Position numbers and translations under genes: made by a program. A stretch of 64,000 nucleotides of DNA from Candidatus Brocadiia bacterium (GTDB lineage Bacteria; Planctomycetota; Brocadiia; CAIUPP01): NCBI GenBank assembly GCA_050015075.1, contig JBEKCB010000002.1:184180-248179 (forward strand). The letters are read 5' to 3'. Shown here in pieces: positions 1-10,155 of this stretch (positions are counted from its first letter, which is position 1; every line of letters begins with the position of its first letter). The notes under the pieces are model-generated. The model saw only the letters and a program-made list of their open reading frames with translations. It made no database searches and was not told the origin of the DNA.

Positions 1-99
1 AGGAACCTTTTCATCTGGGGGCTCGGAGGCGTGATCCTTCCGTTCATCGGCATCAAGCTCATTGACGTGTTCATGGTCGCGCTGCACCTGGTCAACTGA
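1..99 (+). CDS. kdpB: K+-transporting ATPase subunit B, C-terminal fragment (5' partial)
   Basis: Frame +1 reads RNLFIWGLGGVILPFIGIKLIDVFMVALHLVN*, which matches the KdpB C-terminus (RN..I.G.GG...PF.GIK.ID). It lies directly upstream of kdpC. Confidence 0.9.
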   Translation, partial: RNLFIWGLGGVILPFIGIKLIDVFMVALHLVN

Positions 100-125
100 A
101 CATTTCGAAGAAAGGAGTCATCAAT

Positions 126-1163
126 ATGCGGCAAATCATTTCAAAGAGCCTCGAGTTGCTGCTGCTCTTCGTGATCATCTGTTGCGTCATCTACCCGGCG
201 GCGCTCTGGGCGGTCGGCCAGACGCTGTTTTCAGACAAGGCGAACGGCAGCATGGTCAAAGGTCCCGATGGCGCGCCGGTCGGATCGCTGCTCATCGCGC
301 AGCCGTTCACGAAAGACGAGTACTTCCAGCCGCGCCCGTCGGCTTGCTCCTACGATGGATCGGCGTCCTCCTCGTCGGCGCTGGCGGCCAGCAATTACGC
401 GCTTCGCGGGCGGGTCGCCGCGACGCTCGGCCCGATCGCCGCGTACCAGGGCGGTCCCAACGACGGCAAACCGGTGGCGCCGGACATCGAGGCATGGTTC
501 CAGAAGGACCAGTTCCAGGGCGGCCCCAACATCGTCGCGCAATGGGCCGACGTTCATAACGGTATGGCGCAGGCCTGGGTGGGAACGACGTTCGATGCCA
601 AGAACCCGACGCCGCAACAGCAGTATGTGCTGGACTGGGAGAAGGCCCACGCCGCCGTCGTGGCCAAGTTCAAGCAGGACAACCCCACGATCGCCGAGCC
701 GGCGCCATCCGACTTGGCGGTCGTGTTTTTTGAAGCGTTCTCCAAGGAGAATCCCGGTCGGTTTCTCTCGGCGGTCACGACCAACGGACCCGATGGCAAG
801 CCCGTCACGAAGATTCAGGTGGTCAAGGACGGCTCGGATGTTCAATCGAACTTCTTCGATATGTGGCGGCAGGAGCATCCGGATATTGCGCTTCAGGATA
901 TCCCCGGCGACCTCGTGACGACTTCCGCCTCCGGGCTTGACCCGCACATCACCCTGCAAAACGCCGAGTACCAGTTGGACCGGGTCGCGTCCAAGTGGGC
1001 GGCTGATCTCAAGCGCGACCCGGCGGACGTGCGCCGGGAAATTGACAGCCTCCTGAAGACGCAGGCGTCGGCGCCGCTCGGCGGGCTTGCGGGCGAGCCG
1101 TTCATCAACGTGCTCGACGTCAATCTCCAGCTTCGCAACCGATACGGAGCCTTGCCGCAATAA
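126..1163 (+). CDS. kdpC: K+-transporting ATPase subunit C with a long internal insertion
   Basis: KdpC motifs ANGS, GS.LIAQPF, YFQPRPSA, VT.SASGLDPHI and NVL..N..L. RBS AAGGAG upstream. 345 aa. Confidence 0.9.
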   Translation: MRQIISKSLELLLLFVIICCVIYPAALWAVGQTLFSDKANGSMVKGPDGAPVGSLLIAQPFTKDEYFQPRPSACSYDGSASSSSALAASNYALRGRVAATLGPIAAYQGGPNDGKPVAPDIEAWFQKDQFQGGPNIVAQWADVHNGMAQAWVGTTFDAKNPTPQQQYVLDWEKAHAAVVAKFKQDNPTIAEPAPSDLAVVFFEAFSKENPGRFLSAVTTNGPDGKPVTKIQVVKDGSDVQSNFFDMWRQEHPDIALQDIPGDLVTTSASGLDPHITLQNAEYQLDRVASKWAADLKRDPADVRREIDSLLKTQASAPLGGLAGEPFINVLDVNLQLRNRYGALPQ

Positions 1164-1256
1164 CAAGCCGGGAGCGGTCTTCTTGCGGTTGTCCGGGCTT
1201 CGTGGTAAATTTCTCCAACCGCCGGCCTGCAAGAATAACACTCCAAGGCGAATGAA

Positions 1257-3161
1257 ATGGTTGCTCTGCTGAGACGCTGGGGACTGTTGCCCGCCGAACC
1301 TGCGCACCTGCGCGCCGTCGGTCGAATGGTCCTGCTGGCCGGCCTGGTCGGCGTGGTGGCGGGTCTCGGCGCGGTGGCGTTTCAGTTCTTATCGCACCTG
1401 GTACTCAAGTACGGCCTGGAGTTCGTCGCCGGTTACAAGCCCGCCGGCCCTTCGGGCGAATGGAGCATCTTCTCGGATATCCGGCCGGTCTTCGGCGGCT
1501 TTGCGCCCTGGATGCTGCTGGTCGTCATCACGGCCGGCGGATTGATTTCAGGCATCATCGTTTATTCCCTCGCGCCCGAAGCCGAAGGGCACGGAACGGA
1601 CGCCGCCATCAAGGCCTATCACAAGGGCCGGGCCATCATCCGGCCGGTGGTGCCGCTGGTGAAGATCGTCTGCTCGGCGCTGACTCTCGGCTCGGGCGGT
1701 TCCGGCGGCCGGGAAGGCCCCATCGCGCAGATCGGCGCGGGGTTCGGCTCGTACATCGCCCGTGTGCTGAAACTCTCCGAGCATGACCGGCGGATGCTGC
1801 TGTGCGCCGGCCTGGGAGCGGGCATCGCGGCTATCTTCAAGGCGCCGCTGGCCGGGGCGATCTTCGCCATCGAGGTGCTCTACCGCGACGAGGACTTCGA
1901 GGCCGAGGCGCTGATTCCCGCCTTCATCTCCTGCACCGTCGCCTATTGCGTGTTCGGGCTGATCGCACTGTATGGGTTCAGCACCGGCTCGGGTTTTGCC
2001 CCGCTGCTGGGCGTCCAGCCGGGCTTGAAATTCGATAAGCCGGCGCTGCTCCTGCCGCTGACGATCCTGGCGGCGTTCATGGTCATCGCCTCGCTGATTT
2101 ACGTGCGGTGCTTTTACGCCGTCGTGGGCCTCTTCAAGCGCTTCAAGATCCCGCCGCATGTGAAACCCGCGATCGGCGCTCTCGCCACGGGCCTCTTCGC
2201 GCTGGGGGTCTTTCGCGCCCTGGAGTATTTCGGGCCGGAGGCGCAGATGGATTCGCTCAATATCCTCTCCTTCGGCTACGGCATCCTGCAGAAACTGCTC
2301 GATGGCCCATTCCATCACCACCTCGTCGGCGCAGTGGTCGTACTCGCGGCCATCGGAATCGGAAAGATCCTGACCACCTCCCTGACCATCGGCTCGGGCG
2401 GATCCGGCGGCGTGTTCGGACCGAGCATGGTCATCGGCGGGACCCTCGGCGGCGCCGTCGGCCTGCTCCTTCAGCACTGGATGCCGACGGTCGTCACGCG
2501 CGTGGACGTCTTCGTCATCCTCGGCATGGCCAGCTTCTTCTCCGCCGCCGCCAAGGTCCCCGTCAGCACCATCATCATGGTCTCGGAACTGACCGCCGGC
2601 TACGAGCTGCTGATCCCGGCGATGTGGGTCTCCGCCTTCGCCTACCTCCTCAGCCGCGGCTGGTCCATCTACCGCGAGCAGGTCCCCTCGCGCTTTTACT
2701 CCGACGCGCACCGCGGTGATTTCGTCATCGGCATCCTCAAAGGAATGGCCGTCGGCAAAATCTGGAAACCTCCCGCGAAACCGGTCGTCTGTTTCCCGTT
2801 CGACGCGCCGCTCACGCGCGTCACCGACGCGATCCCCGTCACGACGCAGACGGTATTCCCCGTCCTGGACAAGGAAGGCAAGTACTACGGCCTGATCCAC
2901 CTGAACCAGATCCGGCGCGTCATTTACGAGAAGGAAGTCAGGCAACTGGTCATCGTCGAGGACATCGCGGTGGAGAACATCGAGCCGCTTCGCCTGGACA
3001 CGGACTTATCCAGCGTGGTGACCATGTTCGCGCAACTGGACTACGCCGAATTGCCCGTGGTGGACGCGGACTCGGGGAAGGTCCTCGGCCTGTTGCGCCG
3101 CCAGGAGCTTCTCGCCGCCTACAATGCGCGGTTGTCGGAAATGCAGGCGCAGAAGCCGTGA
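1257..3161 (+). CDS. CLC-family chloride channel/antiporter with C-terminal CBS pair
   Basis: GHGT, GREGP and GGVFGP signature motifs, many TM helices and C-terminal CBS-like repeats. Confidence 0.9.
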   Translation: MVALLRRWGLLPAEPAHLRAVGRMVLLAGLVGVVAGLGAVAFQFLSHLVLKYGLEFVAGYKPAGPSGEWSIFSDIRPVFGGFAPWMLLVVITAGGLISGIIVYSLAPEAEGHGTDAAIKAYHKGRAIIRPVVPLVKIVCSALTLGSGGSGGREGPIAQIGAGFGSYIARVLKLSEHDRRMLLCAGLGAGIAAIFKAPLAGAIFAIEVLYRDEDFEAEALIPAFISCTVAYCVFGLIALYGFSTGSGFAPLLGVQPGLKFDKPALLLPLTILAAFMVIASLIYVRCFYAVVGLFKRFKIPPHVKPAIGALATGLFALGVFRALEYFGPEAQMDSLNILSFGYGILQKLLDGPFHHHLVGAVVVLAAIGIGKILTTSLTIGSGGSGGVFGPSMVIGGTLGGAVGLLLQHWMPTVVTRVDVFVILGMASFFSAAAKVPVSTIIMVSELTAGYELLIPAMWVSAFAYLLSRGWSIYREQVPSRFYSDAHRGDFVIGILKGMAVGKIWKPPAKPVVCFPFDAPLTRVTDAIPVTTQTVFPVLDKEGKYYGLIHLNQIRRVIYEKEVRQLVIVEDIAVENIEPLRLDTDLSSVVTMFAQLDYAELPVVDADSGKVLGLLRRQELLAAYNARLSEMQAQKP

Positions 3162-3189
3162 GCGGCCCCTTTCATAAGGATCGGATGCC

Positions 3190-4281
3190 ATGAGCGCACC
3201 AACCGGAAAGTCCTATGTGTACGCGGGCACCTATACCGCCAAGACCGCAAAGGGCATCTGCTTCTCCCGGTTCGATGAGGCCGCCGGAATTTTGGAGCCC
3301 TTTGTTCTCGCTGCGGAAATGCCCAACCCTACGTTCCTGACTATACACCCGAACGGGCAATTCCTATACGCAGTCAGCGAGGTCCGCGACTCCACCGGCA
3401 GGCACGGCGGGTCCGTCAATGCCTTCGCCATCTCTCCCGGGACGGGACAGTTGCGGTTCCTCAACCGGCAGTCGTCGGAGGGCGCCGGGCCCTGCCACCT
3501 GAGCGTGGATCGGACCGGGCGGGTTGTGCTCGTGGCGAATTACGCGTCCGGGAGCGCGGCGGTCCTGCCCGTGGGCGGCGACGGCTGTCTCGGCGCCGCG
3601 TCCGATAAGGTTCAGCATCACGGTTCGAGCGTCCATCCTCAGCGGCAAGAGGGTCCTCATGCCCACTCGATTACTCCCTCGCCGGACAACCGGTTCGCCC
3701 TGGTAGCGGACCTGGGATTGGATCGGATCATGGTCTACCGGCTCGATGCGTCGGCGGGGCGCTTGACGCCGAACGATCCGCCGTGGGCGGCCGTCAAGCC
3801 GGGCGCCGGGCCGCGCCATCTCGCGTTTCATCCGGTCCTGCCGCTCGTCTACCTCGTCACCGAACTCGGCAACACGGTGACGGCGTTCGCCTGGGACGCT
3901 CTGCGGGGCGCGCTGCGGGAAGCGCAGACGATCTCGACGCTGCCGCCGGATTTCCATGACACGAGCTACGGCGCGGACGTGCACATTGCCCCTTCAGGCC
4001 GGTTCCTCTATGCCTCGAACCGCGGCCACGACAGCATCGCCATCTTCTCCGTTGACCAGTCCACCGGCCTGCTTTCTGCGGTTGGCCATCAGCCGACGCT
4101 GGGCAAATGGCCGCGCAATTTCGTTATTGACTCGACCGGCGCATGGCTGCTGGCGGCCAACCAGGAGGGCGACTCGGTGGTGGTCTTCCGCATCGAGGCC
4201 GAGACCGGGAAACTGGCCTCCGTCGGTCATGCGGCCGACGTGTCCATGCCCGTCTGCCTGAAACTCCTTCCATGCGGGTGA
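3190..4281 (+). CDS. pgl: 6-phosphogluconolactonase / lactonase (7-bladed beta-propeller)
   Basis: GTYT, ANY.SGS, RQEGPHAH, GPRH, SNRGHDSI and WPRNF motifs. Confidence 0.85.
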   Translation: MSAPTGKSYVYAGTYTAKTAKGICFSRFDEAAGILEPFVLAAEMPNPTFLTIHPNGQFLYAVSEVRDSTGRHGGSVNAFAISPGTGQLRFLNRQSSEGAGPCHLSVDRTGRVVLVANYASGSAAVLPVGGDGCLGAASDKVQHHGSSVHPQRQEGPHAHSITPSPDNRFALVADLGLDRIMVYRLDASAGRLTPNDPPWAAVKPGAGPRHLAFHPVLPLVYLVTELGNTVTAFAWDALRGALREAQTISTLPPDFHDTSYGADVHIAPSGRFLYASNRGHDSIAIFSVDQSTGLLSAVGHQPTLGKWPRNFVIDSTGAWLLAANQEGDSVVVFRIEAETGKLASVGHAADVSMPVCLKLLPCG

Positions 4282-4314
4282 GGCGCAGGGCCGCAATGCC
4301 GTCGCCGGCCTGCG

Positions 4315-5805
4315 CTACAGCTTGCCCTCTTCGCGAAGCCGGGCTTCGGCCTCTTTGACAATCTCGTCCACGTCCTTGATCTGGTCGGGCGCGAGCGGCG
4401 AGGCGATGTCGTTGGATATGAGTTGCCGCGCCCTCTCGCGCGCCATGTTCTCCCATTGACGCGTTTCGTCGCCGCGCGGGTCCACGCCCCACGGCGCTAC
4501 GGCGAAGAACGGCGACAGGTCCAGAAAGTTGCGGAACTGCTTGGCGGTGTCCATCTCGGAAAGGTAGTTCCCGCCGATGCCGACCTCGCGGATGAGGTCC
4601 ACGTCAATCGCCTCGTCGGTCACTTCGAATCCCTGGACGGCGCGGCGGACGTAGCGCGTCACTTCGTTGTCGAGGACGAGTTGGATGGGCGAGTACGTGA
4701 TGGCGTTCTCGAGGTGGCCGACGACGCCGTAGCCGACCGCGCCGCACAGCACCGCCATGAGCATCGTCACGCCCTTCTCGACTCCGGCGCGGGCGCCCGG
4801 CAGACAGGCATCAGTCTTGCCGCCGTGCACCCCGCTCGGGCAGCCGTAATACTCGCTGATGATCTGTATGCGCGCGCCGTTCATCGAGACGCGCTCCGGC
4901 CCGGCGTAGCGGAAAATCCCCGTCCGCATGTCCGCGAAGGACGGGCAGATGTCGAGCGTCACCACCGCCTCCTCGTCCGCCGCATAGCAGAGCACCAGCC
5001 CGGCGAGCGTCTCCGCCAGGCCCACGGCGAGCGTCGCGGCCGGATGGATCGGCGCCGTGGCCCCCGCGTTCGGCATCGTGTCGAGCGACTGCGGCATGCC
5101 GTGCTTCACGTACGCGAGCATGATGTCGCACATGTTGCGGTCGAGCGTCAGCGGCGTCTTCGCCTCAGCGTAGCCGACGAGGATCGGGCGCTTGCGCAGC
5201 TCCTCGCGGCCTCCGCGGACGACCTCGCCGATGCGCATCGTGTACTCGACGTCGAACGGCGTCAGCGTCTCGATGCCGCCGAACTTGTCGGTGATCTTGA
5301 CGAGTTCCGCCGCCATGCGCACCGGCCGGATCGGCAGCGGCACGTCCTGCGCGGCGACGGGCAGGCCGGTGTAGGCGATCTGGTCGAGCTGAGCGGCGAG
5401 CTTGAGCGAGTCGCGCGTGTCCTGCAGCGTGGCGCGCCGGCGCACGCCGTCGAAATCGTAGATGAACACGCAGTAGCCGCCCGCGCTGGCGGTGAAGTCC
5501 GGGTGGATCCCGAACGGCTCCTTGCGGAACCGGACGTGCGAGTAGCGCACCGCCATGCGCTCGGGGAACTCGCGCGTCTCGAAGTCGCGCCGCATCTTCT
5601 TCACGCGCTTCTCGACGAGGTCCTCCGGGAACCGGACCTGCTTCTTCTGGCGGTCCACCTTGCAGCCGGCCGCCTGCAGGTAATCCAGCGCCTCGTCGTG
5701 GTCAATCCTCATCCCGACTTCGGCGAGGATCCGCAGCGCCTTGCGGTGGATGATCTCCATCTCCTCGAAGGCGAGGAATCGGACCGGCTCTCGTAAAGTC
5801 TTCAA
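4315..5805 (-). CDS. Trimethylamine methyltransferase (MttB) superfamily protein, non-pyrrolysine
   Basis: IH.KAL.IL.EVGM, GATAP...A.TLA...AE.LAG, DMRTG...AGPE, AG.EK and I.EVG.GGNYL motifs. TTG start; no in-frame amber codon. Confidence 0.85.
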   Translation of the reverse strand: MKTLREPVRFLAFEEMEIIHRKALRILAEVGMRIDHDEALDYLQAAGCKVDRQKKQVRFPEDLVEKRVKKMRRDFETREFPERMAVRYSHVRFRKEPFGIHPDFTASAGGYCVFIYDFDGVRRRATLQDTRDSLKLAAQLDQIAYTGLPVAAQDVPLPIRPVRMAAELVKITDKFGGIETLTPFDVEYTMRIGEVVRGGREELRKRPILVGYAEAKTPLTLDRNMCDIMLAYVKHGMPQSLDTMPNAGATAPIHPAATLAVGLAETLAGLVLCYAADEEAVVTLDICPSFADMRTGIFRYAGPERVSMNGARIQIISEYYGCPSGVHGGKTDACLPGARAGVEKGVTMLMAVLCGAVGYGVVGHLENAITYSPIQLVLDNEVTRYVRRAVQGFEVTDEAIDVDLIREVGIGGNYLSEMDTAKQFRNFLDLSPFFAVAPWGVDPRGDETRQWENMARERARQLISNDIASPLAPDQIKDVDEIVKEAEARLREEGKL

Positions 5806-5835
5806 CCGCGGTCTCCTGCAGGCGAAGATCTCGCG

Positions 5836-6969
5836 TCATGTCTGGGGATTCGTCCGGCCTGCCGCCGTTTTCTCGACGATCCGGGGGAAATAGAGCCAGA
5901 GATGTCCCGAGTCGTCGTCCTCGCCGAAAACGATCTCCCCGTCGCGCCCGACGACGGCGTCGCCGAAGACGTAGCCGTACCGCCGGCGCTGGATCACTGA
6001 GACTGCGGCGCCGATATCGGTGACCTTGCCTGTGTCAGGGTCGTAACAGAACATTCTGGAAATCTCGTCGCCGCAGAAACCGAAAACGCGGCCGTCCAGA
6101 GTCACGGCCATGGGCCCGACGGGAGTTAACCCTGCGCGGCCCAGCGGGCCGGTGAACCGCCCTGCCTCGTCGAGGGCGAAGAGGTCCCCTTTTCCGTCGG
6201 CCGTGTAGAGCAGTCCCGGACCGCGGCGCCTTGCCCATACCTTGGGCGCATGGGCCCAGTCGCCGTTGGAAAGCGCAATAGCCCGGCGATCGAGCTTCTT
6301 TGCAGCGGGGTCGAAGCGCCACAGCGTATCGCCTTCATCGAAGCCCAGAATGCCGCCGCCGGCATCCACGGCCAACCGGCCCACGCCGCGGAGTTCGCCC
6401 AGGACCTCTACGGCGCCGGTCTCGATTTCCACCACAAGAAGATGCTTGAGAGTCGTTGCGAACGCCCGTCGGCCCGAAGGGTCGGTCACCGCGTGGACGA
6501 TCCGCTCTCCGCCCGTCGGCACGGCGTGATACTTAAGCGGCTTCCGCGTGAAACCCCATTCCTGGATCAGGCTGAAAGGCGCGCGCTCCAGTTCCCGGCT
6601 GACGATGCGGGCGCCGGCCGGCCCGTTGACGAAGGCAGCGAAACCCGCCGGCCCGCAGCCGACGGCGACGCACTGTTCCGCCCCATCCACGACGCCCATG
6701 TCGTACACCGCGCCCATGTCGGCGCGGAACATGCCGACGAACAGGTGGACGCGTTTTCCGCTTGTGCCGCCGTAGATGACGCCTTCGCGCGTCGCATCCA
6801 AGGCGGTGACCCTGCTCTCGTCCGCGATGATGGGAACGGTCACGCCCGGAAAACACATCGGGAAGGCGACCATCATCCCTTCGTTGATGAACGATCCGTG
6901 AACGATCTTGTCGTGGAGGGTTCTCACCTCCGGATCATGCCAGTCCAGCGGCTTCTTGACGGATTTCAA
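5836..6969 (-). CDS. Hypothetical beta-propeller protein
   Basis: Repeated D/N-G-x-x-Y-G blade-like motifs. Probable TTG start at 6969 after a GGGAG RBS. Confidence 0.6.
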   Translation of the reverse strand: MKSVKKPLDWHDPEVRTLHDKIVHGSFINEGMMVAFPMCFPGVTVPIIADESRVTALDATREGVIYGGTSGKRVHLFVGMFRADMGAVYDMGVVDGAEQCVAVGCGPAGFAAFVNGPAGARIVSRELERAPFSLIQEWGFTRKPLKYHAVPTGGERIVHAVTDPSGRRAFATTLKHLLVVEIETGAVEVLGELRGVGRLAVDAGGGILGFDEGDTLWRFDPAAKKLDRRAIALSNGDWAHAPKVWARRRGPGLLYTADGKGDLFALDEAGRFTGPLGRAGLTPVGPMAVTLDGRVFGFCGDEISRMFCYDPDTGKVTDIGAAVSVIQRRRYGYVFGDAVVGRDGEIVFGEDDDSGHLWLYFPRIVEKTAAGRTNPQT

Positions 6970-6982
6970 AGCGTTCTCCCTT

Positions 6983-8245
6983 CTATCCCCACATGCGGAT
7001 GGGCAAATGGGCATTGGGTTTCTTCCGGTCCGCCGGCATCGCCACCCGGAAGATGCCGACCGGCCTCGGCCCGACGTGCGCAAAGAACAGGTCGCCGTTG
7101 TGGTCTATCGCGGCGCGCGAAACGTACTGCGCCGCCTGGCCCGGGCGCTTCAGTTCAAAGACCTCCTCGCGCTCCAGCGTGGCGGGATTCAGCCGATAGA
7201 CGATCCCCCACATGTTGACGCTGCCGTCGCCCGCCTCGCGGGGCGAGTCGTCCGTCTTGCCTTCGCGCCATCTCGACGCGCAGTAGTACAGATACCCGTC
7301 GCCGCCGAACACCAGCCCGCCGCAGTGGTCGAGGAAAGTGGACAAGGGCAGCGTCAGGTCGCGGCGCTGCGTCGTCGGGCCCAGGTCCTCCACGCGCCCC
7401 CATTCGCCCTCATTCGGCCAGATGCGCATCAGCCTCGGGTTGGCGATCCACGTCGAGGCATAAACACATTCCCCATCCGGCGACGGCGCGACATCGTAGA
7501 GCACGCTGTGCCAGCCGGTCTGGTAAGTCGGGTCGTGCGGCAGGATGTACGGCGAAGTCTCCAGCCGGTCTTTATCCGGATCGTAGCGCACGATCCGGCC
7601 GTCGTCATTCGACGTCAAAACGCGATGGCGCTTGTCCAGGAAGAGCGCCTGCGCGTTGACGGAGCCGATGCGGCCCACGTCGCGAGTCTTGCGCTTGGCG
7701 ATGTCATAGATGAAAAAATGGTCGCGAGGATAGCTCAGCGAATAGAGAAGCCCGCGCTCTTCGTCGTGCAGCAGGCAGCGGCAGCCTTCCTTGGGGATCA
7801 TCGTATCCCACCAGAGCACCTGGTCGGTGCGCGTGTCGAAGGCCAGCAGCGCGCTGCCGCGGAAGCAGCGCTCCTTGTCGTGCCACATTCCCCACGGCGA
7901 GTAGGCCGGCAGGTCAATGGGCGGTCCGGAAAGGTGCGTCGCCATATAGAGAACGCCGTCGTGCATCGAGGGGACAAAGCTGTAATGGATCTTGCACTGC
8001 GTCGCGCGGCCGGAGTCGGCGGGATCGTCCACCATCCGGTCGAGAGGAAAGAGATAATCCAGCGCGTCCGTCTTCTCATTATAGCGCACGAGCTTGACCG
8101 ACTTGCCGGGCGACCCTTCGGCGCAGGCCGCGGCGTAGATGCGGCCGTCGGGGCCGACCGACAGCGACCAGCAGGAATCCGATTCCGGATGCTCGGTGAA
8201 TTGGTACCACGAGACAGGATACGCCGAAGAAGGTGTGTCTGTCAT
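6983..8245 (-). CDS. Hypothetical beta-propeller protein
   Basis: GPDGRIY, SPDG and GGDGYLY blade repeats, plus a conserved-looking QCKIHYS motif. Start overlaps the upstream stop. Confidence 0.65.
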   Translation of the reverse strand: MTDTPSSAYPVSWYQFTEHPESDSCWSLSVGPDGRIYAAACAEGSPGKSVKLVRYNEKTDALDYLFPLDRMVDDPADSGRATQCKIHYSFVPSMHDGVLYMATHLSGPPIDLPAYSPWGMWHDKERCFRGSALLAFDTRTDQVLWWDTMIPKEGCRCLLHDEERGLLYSLSYPRDHFFIYDIAKRKTRDVGRIGSVNAQALFLDKRHRVLTSNDDGRIVRYDPDKDRLETSPYILPHDPTYQTGWHSVLYDVAPSPDGECVYASTWIANPRLMRIWPNEGEWGRVEDLGPTTQRRDLTLPLSTFLDHCGGLVFGGDGYLYYCASRWREGKTDDSPREAGDGSVNMWGIVYRLNPATLEREEVFELKRPGQAAQYVSRAAIDHNGDLFFAHVGPRPVGIFRVAMPADRKKPNAHLPIRMWG

Positions 8246-10020
8246 GACTTGTTCTCTCCTACCTTGTGCCTGGTCATTACACGCTTGAGCATGAGGGCCT
8301 TGGACTCCTCCAGAGGACGGCTTTCCGCGATCTCCTTGATCTGTGCCGCTTCGACATCCTCACAAAACCGGTCAATCCGCTCTTCCAAACCCGCGGCGTC
8401 GGCGGGAGCAATGCACAATCTGACGTAACGGATGGGCAACCGGGCGGTCCGAACTCTCTTCAACACTTCTTCATTGTCCGCAACCATTTCAGCCTTGTTG
8501 AACAATTCGTCAGCTTCATTCAGCATGTTTTCGTTCAGATAGGCGCTCGTGGGGGGATCATAGATGCTCATGTGCCTATTAGCCGCCTTGACCTGCTTGT
8601 GAATGAGATCATAGTACTGGCGCATAGTCGCCGCCGCCATTCCATAGTAGGCCGTCATGAACTCATTCACCGCGAGATCAACGTCATAATCGGGGTTCCA
8701 CAGCAATTTGGCGAGAACATACTGGCGCATCTGATCGAACTCGCTGCTCTCGCCCTTGGCTGAATTGTTGCCCTCTTCGAATATGCCTTTGACATGATGC
8801 CTGACAAAATACCGGATGTTGGCCTGCAATACTTTGAAGTTCGGAAAAGGTTGAACATAATGTTGAAAGTTAGTTACGTAGTCCCAGACGTACAACCTGC
8901 CGCATACCTTGGACCAGGCTTCCAGGTCGTCCGAAAAACCGCCTTTGACCCAAGTGCGGGACCTGTCGAGGCCATGGAAACTTACTTCGTTATGGCATTT
9001 TTTCAAGGGATGGGAGAAACAGCACTCAATGCTGCACAGCCTGAGAATGACGTTCTTCCGAGGTCTGACATGCTTGGGAGGCTTCCTGGTATATTGGTAT
9101 GCCAGAGTATCCACAGCCACATTGGGATATTCCCGCTCAAGCGCCTCGGCGATTTCATTGACGAAGCGGATCAGCGTCCCGCTGTGTGAACCTTCATACT
9201 CATCAATGGCCTTGCACTTCTCGCATTGGCACGGATTCCTCCAGTCGTTCTGCGACACCGACACGATGGAAGCCTTTGGTTCCTCCTTCAGCCATCGTTG
9301 GATGCTGCTGATGGAAATCCTCAATACATCGGGATTGGTCAGGCAGAGCTGCGTCCTCTCGGAGATCCGGCGGCCGTCCACTTCCGAAAAATACTCCGGG
9401 TGCGAATCAAAGTATTTTGCCACGGGAACCAGCGAGTCAAAGGTATGCACGAAATGGCTGTAGACCACCTTACAGCCGTGGATATCCTCTAAGTTCGCGA
9501 AATGGGAGTTCGACTTGTTTCGCGCATGCCACTCTCCATCTCTGGAGCCGGCGAAATAAGGATCCCTGTATTCAAGCGCGGGAATCTGTTCGTCATGGAT
9601 CTCGCCGATCTCTATCCGGTCTCTCTTAGGTATCCGGGAGACTTTTCTGTAGAACCACCTGCAGCCCAGGTAATCCTCCAGGAAAGTATAAACGCCGTAC
9701 AATGTGCCGCGCGGCTTGCCGCCGGCTACGACAAGAGAGCCGCCCGCGGTTTGTATGCAGAAGCCTTCGCTCCCCAATTTAGCATAATCGAGCTGAACGC
9801 CGGTCCTGGAGCAATGCTTGTTGTCGCCCACGATGATTTCGTTGCGGCCATACGGAGCATCGTCCTCGACGATCGGGAAATGCGCCCCGCTGATCTCGCG
9901 CAGAAAATGCTGGAGCTCTTTCGCCGCATGACGTTCCGGCGCGATTGCATCTGCCCCGACAACAATCTTCCAGTCGCTCTTTCCATTGCCGGCCAGCACA
10001 TACTGGGAACTCGCGCGCAT
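8242..10020 (-). CDS. DUF4838-like protein (GH20/GH67-type N-terminal domain plus putative glycoside-hydrolase-like barrel)
   Basis: G...RGTLYGVYTFLE..LGCRW, HPEYF, QLCLTNP.V, SQND, C.CEKC, LAYQYT and YVWDY motifs. Confidence 0.75.
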   Translation of the reverse strand: MRASSQYVLAGNGKSDWKIVVGADAIAPERHAAKELQHFLREISGAHFPIVEDDAPYGRNEIIVGDNKHCSRTGVQLDYAKLGSEGFCIQTAGGSLVVAGGKPRGTLYGVYTFLEDYLGCRWFYRKVSRIPKRDRIEIGEIHDEQIPALEYRDPYFAGSRDGEWHARNKSNSHFANLEDIHGCKVVYSHFVHTFDSLVPVAKYFDSHPEYFSEVDGRRISERTQLCLTNPDVLRISISSIQRWLKEEPKASIVSVSQNDWRNPCQCEKCKAIDEYEGSHSGTLIRFVNEIAEALEREYPNVAVDTLAYQYTRKPPKHVRPRKNVILRLCSIECCFSHPLKKCHNEVSFHGLDRSRTWVKGGFSDDLEAWSKVCGRLYVWDYVTNFQHYVQPFPNFKVLQANIRYFVRHHVKGIFEEGNNSAKGESSEFDQMRQYVLAKLLWNPDYDVDLAVNEFMTAYYGMAAATMRQYYDLIHKQVKAANRHMSIYDPPTSAYLNENMLNEADELFNKAEMVADNEEVLKRVRTARLPIRYVRLCIAPADAAGLEERIDRFCEDVEAAQIKEIAESRPLEESKALMLKRVMTRHKVGENKS

Positions 10021-10086
10021 TTGAGTAGTATTCCCTCAAGGCGTTCCAAGCGAGGCGCCATACGACGCCGGGGCGTGAAGCGTCAC

Positions 10087-10115
10087 ATTCTGACAGCGAA
10101 GGTCACGGCTGTCAA
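10087..10115 (-). promoter_or_regulatory. sigma70 promoter for the leftward operon with an overlapping inverted-repeat operator
   Basis: Minus strand TTGACA-17-CAGAAT. Palindrome TGACAGC-N10-GCTGTCA at 10091-10114. Confidence 0.55.
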
Positions 10116-10155
10116 GCAACTCCTCGGCAATCCGCCCGTCTTAAGGAGATTCCGC

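Noticed and set aside
4315-5805. Pyrrolysine read-through in mttB
   Set aside because: No in-frame TAG, and no pyl genes in the window.
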